Both the position numbers and the translations under genes were made by a program. This document shows positions 57,768 through 64,000 of a stretch of DNA of 64,000 nucleotides, piece after piece. The notes under the pieces were generated by a model, which had not been told where the DNA came from, ran no database searches, and saw only the letters and a program-made list of their open reading frames with translations. The DNA is taken from sequence record LC727699.1; one strand, written 5' to 3'. Each line of letters starts with the position of its first letter. Within the stretch, counting starts at the first letter, position 1.

Positions 57768-57809
57768 TTATATCTCCTTTTTTTGTTAATCGATAAATAG
57801 GAGTTTGGT

Positions 57810-58946
57810 ATGGGTCTTTATGCCAAAGTTGTTGATCATAATGAAGTTCATGATCAATTTACGGGTAAACGAATTTATGCCAATGATTACAATACGAGTA
57901 ACTCAGATGAGAAAGAAGAATTTGATAGGCATTTCTATTCTCATTTCCAAGATTCAGAAGCAATTGAAAGTAGTGTAAGCTGTGATTGTCGAGCAATCGA
58001 AGACGCACATAAACTCGGAGTAATCTGTGATATTTGTAATACTCCAGTTGTCAATACTTCTAGCCGTCCTATCGAACCATCAATGTGGGTTCGTACACCA
58101 AAACATGTACGTAGCCTAATTAACCCACGTTTAATCATTATGCTAACCGGATATCTAGTAACTAAAGAATTCGATTTCTTAGCATATCTAACTGATACTT
58201 CTTATCGATACGATGTAGAATCTATTGGTTCTAAAGAAACACGCAGGAAAGTAGATAGGCTACTGCATCGAGGATTTGAAAGAGGATTAAATCACTTCAT
58301 TGATAATTTCAATGAGATCTTCCAATTCCTACTAGATGCAAATATTATCTCTAATAATAAATCCGAATTCGCTCAATTCGTTGCTCAGAATAAAGATAAG
58401 TTATTCCCTAAATATTTACCAGTTCCTTCTAAACTCTGTTTCGTAGCAGAATCAACCACATCTGGTACTTACTTAGATAAACCAATTGAAGCAGCAATTG
58501 ATGCTACCTTAACCTTCGCTAGTATTGATGCATCATCTGTACCACTTAGTCCAATTAAAGCTCAGAATAGGACTATGCGAGGACTAAGACTATATGGCCA
58601 GTTCTACGAGATCTACGCAAAATCACGAATTGCTCAAAAGCCTGGTCTTGCTCGGCGTCACATGTTTGGTGCTCGTCTCAACGCTACGGCACGTGCAGTA
58701 ATCACTTCTATTAGTGACCCGCATGATTATGATGAACTACATATCCCTTGGGGGGTAGGTTGTCAATTATTAAAGTATCATCTAACCAATAAACTAAAAG
58801 CAAAGTTTAACATGACAACTCGTGAAGCATTCTCATTTGTATATGAGAATGTACTTCAATATAACCAAATCATTGCAGATCTATTTAAAGAGCTAATTGC
58901 AGAAGCAGCCCCTTATAAAGGGATGGGTTGTACTTTTCACCGAAAT
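57810..58946 (+). CDS. Non-virion RNA polymerase beta'-N subunit, exon 1 (phiKZ gp55-like)
   Basis: Zn-finger CDC...CDIC; RRHMFGARLNATARAVIT; ends CTFHRN immediately before intron 1. Confidence 0.9.
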
Positions 58947-59251
58947 TAATTTGTATATTAATACTAAATGGTTTCCTTGTAATAGAAATATTACTCGACA
59001 AAACTCCTTTAATTGCTGGGACATCTCAATGAGACAATCAGCAGCGAAGCTTTCCAGAAATGGATTGAACGTTCAACGACTATCGAAAGGCACGAAAGTG
59101 AACCGAGTAGAGTAGAGTCAAGTGACTCGAAATGGGGAGCACCTTACTGGGTAATGCCAAAGGTGAAGATATAGTCTGGTCTGCATGGTGACATGCAGCT
59201 GTCTGTTACTAATAGACGGGATAAGCTTAACGAACTTATCTGAACACAACG
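58947..59251 (+). mobile_element. Group I intron 1 (305 nt, no ORF)
   Basis: P AATTGCTGGGA 59011, Q AATCAGCAGC 59036, R GTTCAACGACTAT 59071, S AAGATATAGTCT 59166; P1 GAAAT/GTTTC with U.G at the splice site; terminal G. Confidence 0.9.
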
Positions 59252-59359
59252 CCAACCCTTCAACGTGGATCCACACAGCAGTTCTTTATTACCAAAGTAA
59301 AAGATGACATTAATGATAATTCTATCAGCATGTCAGTATTATGCTTGAAAGCGCCTAAT
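59252..59359 (+). CDS. nvRNAP beta'-N exon 2 (36 codons, PTLQRGS...LKAPN)
   Basis: Restores RNPTLQRGS (beta' NRxPTLHR-like motif) in frame; absent from the ORF track. Confidence 0.9.
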
Positions 59360-60731
59360 GGACAATTGAATAACTAAATAAGGGTAAAAACAATGGATCA
59401 AAACGGAGTAGTGTCCGTCTTTGATCCGGCTTCATTTAAAATTGAATGGCGGGATATTCCTGGATACTCAGCATATGAAGCTAGTAACCTAGGAACAATT
59501 CGTCATAAGCGGTTAAATAGAATATGTAATTTCTTCCTTACTAAAACATCGATTGGGACATATCTCAATATTGGTGCAAAAAATGATGAAAAAACATCTA
59601 AGAGTAAGGGAGTTCATATATTAATCTGTTTAGCTTTCCATGGTCCATCACCTGGACCAGATTATGAAGTCAATCATAAAGACGGCAACAAACATAATAA
59701 TCTACCATCTAATTTGGAGTGGATGACTCGTGGTGAAAACTTAGAACATGCTTACAAAAATGGATTAAGAAAAGAAAATAGACGAGTAATTGCAACTGAT
59801 GTTACCACTGGTGAAAAGACTACTTATTACTCGATGAGTGAACTTGCTCGGGCATTAGGAGTTAATAAAAATACGGTTTGGGTTATTATACGTGATCATA
59901 AGACTAAGCCGTATAGAAATAGATTCACATTTGAATTTATTACCGGTGAGACTAAGATTGCTGATCGAGATAGTACCAAGACGGTTTATGTTTTAGACTA
60001 TAAGACTAAGACATTGCATGTGTTTCATAACTTAGCAGAAATGGAACTTGCACTAGGTACTAAACGTAATAAAGCCTATTACCATCTAGTTAGAGGTAGT
60101 AAGGAAATCATGGATGGTTTGGTATTCTCATATACCGCTAATCCTGAAGATTTCCCTAAATATACTCAGAAAGAAATTGAAGCCTCATTTGGAAAACCTA
60201 GTAATGGAAAAGGTACTCCAATTGAAGTAACCGACACCATCTTGAACACTACCAAAGTGTATCCGAGTATTCCACACTTTGCAAGAGATGTCGGTATTAA
60301 GCATCCGAATACTGTTCGAAGAGCAATCTTTGAAAAGAATGGAGTGCTTGATAAATACCTTATTAAGTTAATCAAGTCTAGTTCCCCTAATGAGTAATCA
60401 TTGGGATGAGTTCTCTCTAATTGCTGGGATATCCTGTTAAACTAATCTACCACTGCGAGTCGAAAGACAAAGCCAAGGTTTGAAAAAGATTAGGTAGGGC
60501 CAATCAGCAGCCAAGCTCCGTAACATTCCATTTAGGAATAGGAGAAGGTTCAACGACTATTACGGTATCAGGTGCACCGGTCCTAGAAATAGGATGTAGA
60601 GTCAAGTGACTCGAAATGGGAGACACCCCACTCCGAAAGGAAGGGTGAAGATATAGTCTGGTCTTCTAGTGAAAGCTAGAGCTGCACGTAATGGTGCGGG
60701 TATCAATTAACGACTGATACTGAACAATACG
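59360..60731 (+). mobile_element. Group I intron 2 (1372 nt) carrying an HNH endonuclease ORF
   Basis: P 60419, Q 60502, R 60548, S 60648; terminal G at 60731; splicing restores NADFDGD. Confidence 0.9.
59393..60397 (+). CDS. Intron-encoded HNH homing endonuclease (NUMOD4-HNH with C-terminal HTH repeats, I-HmuI-like; phiKZ gp56-like)
   Basis: YEASNLGTIR; HILICLAF; VNHKDGNKHNN..SNLEW.T..EN; repeats YYSMSELARALGV and YPSIPHFARDVGI. Confidence 0.92.
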   Translation: MDQNGVVSVFDPASFKIEWRDIPGYSAYEASNLGTIRHKRLNRICNFFLTKTSIGTYLNIGAKNDEKTSKSKGVHILICLAFHGPSPGPDYEVNHKDGNKHNNLPSNLEWMTRGENLEHAYKNGLRKENRRVIATDVTTGEKTTYYSMSELARALGVNKNTVWVIIRDHKTKPYRNRFTFEFITGETKIADRDSTKTVYVLDYKTKTLHVFHNLAEMELALGTKRNKAYYHLVRGSKEIMDGLVFSYTANPEDFPKYTQKEIEASFGKPSNGKGTPIEVTDTILNTTKVYPSIPHFARDVGIKHPNTVRRAIFEKNGVLDKYLIKLIKSSSPNE

Positions 60732-60953
60732 GCTGATTTTGACGGCGATCAATTGAATCTTACGTTAATGCCTGATGTGTATCTAACTAAAGCAACTGAA
60801 CGCATTGCACCACACACGTGGGTTCTATCTATTGATGAACCACATGAAATCTCAGGTAACCTTGAATTACAGGGTCCTGTTGTAGAAACAATTATTAACT
60901 GGGCACATGAGAAGTATTTACCGCCATTAGAAGAATGGCTAAAAGCAAAATAA
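60732..60953 (+). CDS. nvRNAP beta'-N exon 3 (ADFDGDQLNLTLMPD...; phiKZ gp56.1-like)
   Basis: Catalytic DFDGD motif lies just upstream of the track ORF 60753..60953, in the same frame. Confidence 0.92.
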   Translation, partial: ADFDGDQLNLTLMPDVYLTKATERIAPHTWVLSIDEPHEISGNLELQGPVVETIINWAHEKYLPPLEEWLKAK

Positions 60954-61001
60954 ATTAATAGGGGAGTTAGACTCCCCTATTATTTCTTTGAGGCTGGTAG
61001 C

Positions 61002-61385
61002 ATGCATGATTTAGTTATCTATTGGAAAGCTCATGATGGTTACTACATACAAGATGAACATGGTGAACATCCTGTAACTTTCCAATTTGCAGAAATTAAT
61101 TGGAATTTCACCGGAGCTTATGAATACGGTGGTTCTGAATTAATTGATGATCACTTAAGATTTGGTATAGATTTCAAAGTACGTGATATTGAATGGCAAA
61201 TTAGGTTTGATTTAGACGGTAAATTTACTCTGTACAATATGTCAAATAATGATCGGGATGATACCCTTGTAATTCCAGCTACTTCAAAATTTGCACAATT
61301 CTTTAAAAAGACAGGTAAACATGTAATTACTAATGAAGTTATCACTATTCCAATCAATTGTTCTTTTGATAAACAAATCTATTAA
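61002..61385 (+). CDS. Hypothetical protein (127 aa)
   Basis: GAGG SD. Confidence 0.75.
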   Translation: MHDLVIYWKAHDGYYIQDEHGEHPVTFQFAEINWNFTGAYEYGGSELIDDHLRFGIDFKVRDIEWQIRFDLDGKFTLYNMSNNDRDDTLVIPATSKFAQFFKKTGKHVITNEVITIPINCSFDKQIY

Positions 61386-61397
61386 AGGTAAATAAAG

Positions 61398-61823
61398 ATG
61401 AATAGTAAATGCAACGAATGTACTAAGCAAATCGATAATTCCCATGATGTACCAAAAACACTTGGTATCTGCCATAAGCATTATCGATTCAATGTATTTG
61501 GGGATAATGGTTTACTTAAAGATTCAGATAAACTAGTTACATTTAAACTTAATAAAGAAACTAATCTATTTGAATGTATTCTAGAAAATACTAAAGGTGA
61601 GTATGCGGGATTCCATCACCCTAAGTTTGGATTCCGTATTAAACATGATGATCCAATCACTATTGTGGTGACTGCACCTGAACATGATATCCATGTTGAA
61701 TTAACTGTAACTGTTGAAGGTGTTACAAAAGCTGTCAATTGGATCGGTCAGGAACTAGATACATTTAACTTACCTATGCAACATCCGTTTAATCTATGTT
61801 GGTCATATACAGCCAATAACTGA
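61398..61823 (+). CDS. Hypothetical protein with N-terminal CxxC...CxxH Zn-finger-like motif (141 aa)
   Basis: CNEC...GICHKH; AAGGT SD. Confidence 0.7.
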   Translation: MNSKCNECTKQIDNSHDVPKTLGICHKHYRFNVFGDNGLLKDSDKLVTFKLNKETNLFECILENTKGEYAGFHHPKFGFRIKHDDPITIVVTAPEHDIHVELTVTVEGVTKAVNWIGQELDTFNLPMQHPFNLCWSYTANN

Positions 61824-61831
61824 AGTGTATA

Positions 61832-61891
61832 ATGATTATAGACGCCCATGGTGTGGATCTCTTGAACAGCTGTGCCGTGAAGTTACACTGA
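61832..61891 (+). pseudogene. Relic duplicate of the 5' end of gene 62198..62809
   Basis: MIIDAHGVDLLNSCAVKLH* versus MIVDAHGVDLLDICAGGH. Confidence 0.75.
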
Positions 61892-61914
61892 ATTCAATTT
61901 CAGATTTATATCAC
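61892..61914 (+). promoter_or_regulatory. Early promoter-like motif
   Basis: ATTCAATTTCAGATTTATATCAC. Confidence 0.55.
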
Positions 61915-61945
61915 TAAGGTGCAATAGTGATAAGGGGAATATCCA

Positions 61946-62128
61946 ATGTCTAATATTCGTGAAATTATTCGACGTAACCCGGAACGTTTATCACAAGCCG
62001 AACGAGATGAACGTGAAGCCAGATCGGTAGCTATATTAACTGGGAGATATATCACTCGTGGGAATGGTGATGTAGTGGTAAACAGAAGGTTTGTCGATGC
62101 ATATGTCGAAATGATCTCTAAGCTTTAA
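61946..62128 (+). CDS. 60-aa basic hypothetical protein
   Basis: AAGGGGA SD. Confidence 0.65.
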   Translation: MSNIREIIRRNPERLSQAERDEREARSVAILTGRYITRGNGDVVVNRRFVDAYVEMISKL

Positions 62129-62197
62129 GAGGTAACCTATTATGCAACGTCTATTTAATCTGTGCTGGGTATATGAGTACAGTATCTGAGGTGAATA

Positions 62198-62809
62198 ATG
62201 ATTGTAGATGCACATGGTGTAGACCTCTTGGACATCTGTGCAGGTGGCCATCTTACACAGCAAACAACCCAATGGTTGGGTGAGCGTAGTCAGGCACTGC
62301 GTTCAACTATGTCAACTGCTGCTGCTAGCTTTTTCAATACTGCACAAAATATGTACAGTATGATTAGTGAATCAGCTGCTGTTCAAGCACTGCGGAATCT
62401 AACCACAAAGAAAGATAATTTATGGCAGTCGAACAACATTGTGTATCTTGAGACTTTAGCTGAACTACAAACAGCTGGTCCGATTATGCAACGTTGGGTT
62501 ATGGCGCATGAGCGTCTAAGAACTATGTATCTTAATAATGAAGTTGATGGATATAGTGGTTCTTATAATAACATCCAAGGTGATGCAGTAGGTGAACGAC
62601 AGTTTGATTATCGTCGCGTGATGGATGGAGTTATGTATACCGATAAGAAAGAATTCGGTTATAAAAACTATCACGAAGATATCAAGAGTGATCGTAAACT
62701 TAGTCTGCATGAAAAAGTTGACATCATCCGTATGTGGAATGCTATTGATGGGCATCTGGACGCAGGTGAAGAAGATCCAACTTCAGTCGTAGGTAATCTT
62801 CTAGGTTAA
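62198..62809 (+). CDS. Conserved phiKZ-like protein (203 aa)
   Basis: GAGGTG SD; C-terminal EEDPTS. Confidence 0.8.
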   Translation: MIVDAHGVDLLDICAGGHLTQQTTQWLGERSQALRSTMSTAAASFFNTAQNMYSMISESAAVQALRNLTTKKDNLWQSNNIVYLETLAELQTAGPIMQRWVMAHERLRTMYLNNEVDGYSGSYNNIQGDAVGERQFDYRRVMDGVMYTDKKEFGYKNYHEDIKSDRKLSLHEKVDIIRMWNAIDGHLDAGEEDPTSVVGNLLG

Positions 62810-62860
62810 ATAAATGAGAGTCCCGTACAGGGGCTCTCTTCTATCGTTTAGGAGAGATCT

Positions 62861-63196
62861 ATGTCAATTGATCTACTCGTACCAAATAAACTAAAGATGT
62901 TTCAAAAAAGTCCAGATGGTACGGGATATATGTATTTTAATAGTACAGATGGAATAGAACTTAAACACGATAATCAAACACGACTATTGTATCTTCCTGA
63001 TAATGTCTATGTAACTGGTGATTATGTTTCACCTGATACTAAATTTATTTTCACAGTTATTGAAGGTGAAGTGGTCTCTATTAAATTAGATACTGGCGAG
63101 GAAATACATAGTTATAGTTTTTGTGATGAGAGTCCATTGTGGAACCATCCACATATTGCTTTTTACGTTAAGGAAAATACAGATGCTATTAATTAA
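62861..63196 (+). CDS. Hypothetical protein (111 aa)
   Basis: AGGAG SD. Confidence 0.75.
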   Translation: MSIDLLVPNKLKMFQKSPDGTGYMYFNSTDGIELKHDNQTRLLYLPDNVYVTGDYVSPDTKFIFTVIEGEVVSIKLDTGEEIHSYSFCDESPLWNHPHIAFYVKENTDAIN

Positions 63197-63635
63197 GCGT
63201 AATGACTCATCAATGCCACTACACCCTATTCTTAAATTAACTACTGCTGTAGTTGATTCAACTCGTTTTAATCTTGAAGAATATTCTTATCTTAAAGAAG
63301 CATTTAAGAATGGCACTCTACGTATCTATGTGACTGGATATGACTATGCTTACCCATCTGAAGATGGTCATCTTGTTATTAAAGACGAATATCCTAAGGT
63401 GGCTAGCAGGCCACCATTTGTACATGTTGGTAGGGATCCAAATGGGTTAATTGATGATACCCAGTTATATGTAGCTACAACTCATTTTTCAGGGGCAGGT
63501 GCCGAGATTGCTACCAGACCCATTAGTGTACACGCATGTGTTACTGAACACGATATCGTTTTAACAAGTACACTCAAGAAAAAAGAAGGTACTGTTATCG
63601 TATACCACATTGAATTAATTGCAAGTAAATATTAG
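63183..63635 (+). CDS. Hypothetical protein (150 aa)
   Basis: AAGGA SD favours the ATG at 63183 over 63123. Confidence 0.65.
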   Translation: MLLIKRNDSSMPLHPILKLTTAVVDSTRFNLEEYSYLKEAFKNGTLRIYVTGYDYAYPSEDGHLVIKDEYPKVASRPPFVHVGRDPNGLIDDTQLYVATTHFSGAGAEIATRPISVHACVTEHDIVLTSTLKKKEGTVIVYHIELIASKY

Positions 63636-63682
63636 TACACTAGTTAATATAAGTATTTAACTGTATGTATCAAGTAATATAA

Positions 63683-64000
<318 letters not shown>

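Noticed and set aside
57417-57785. tmRNA, RNase P RNA, SRP RNA, hammerhead, or group I/II intron identity; also a 15-codon ORF at 57570
   Set aside because: No diagnostic motifs found (tRNA-like ends with a tag ORF, GAAAGTCC P4, CUGAUGA-GAAA, P/Q/R/S, domain V); the mini-ORF has no properly spaced SD
58897-59115. 72-aa ORF overlapping the end of exon 1
   Set aside because: It lies over the group I intron 1 core; no SD
60753-60953. Stand-alone 66-aa gene
   Set aside because: It is RNAP exon 3; the in-frame ADFDGDQ precedes the TTG

Overview
64-kb segment of an AT-rich, nucleus-forming jumbo phage, very close to Pseudomonas phage phiKZ (Phikzvirus, Chimalliviridae). The assignment rests on recognisable proteins and their gene order: three tRNAs, class Ia nrdB/nrdA, DHFR, a host-codon-like early gene block, terminase large subunit, virion proteins with tail sheath and tube, Dip (RNase E inhibitor), PhuZ tubulin, family-B DNA polymerase, chimallin (ChmA) and the non-virion RNA polymerase beta'-N subunit. 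The RNAP gene is split into three exons (57810-58946, 59252-59359, 60732-60953; 488 aa spliced) by two related group I introns inserted in the RN|PTL and PN|ADFDGD motifs; the second intron carries an HNH homing endonuclease. Most interesting unexplained signals: (1) a ~350-nt multi-domain structured RNA between chmA and the RNAP gene; (2) a 3'-UTR RNA (1721-1832) with C-rich, anti-Shine-Dalgarno-like loops; (3) a long-range P1 helix that closes the HNH ORF into a loop and buries its RBS; (4) repeated early promoter-leader cassettes; (5) an L7/L12-CTD-like early protein; (6) a relic duplicate gene start at 61832. All protein identities are from memory of motifs and synteny and all RNA structures were paired by eye; no database searches or folding programs were run.
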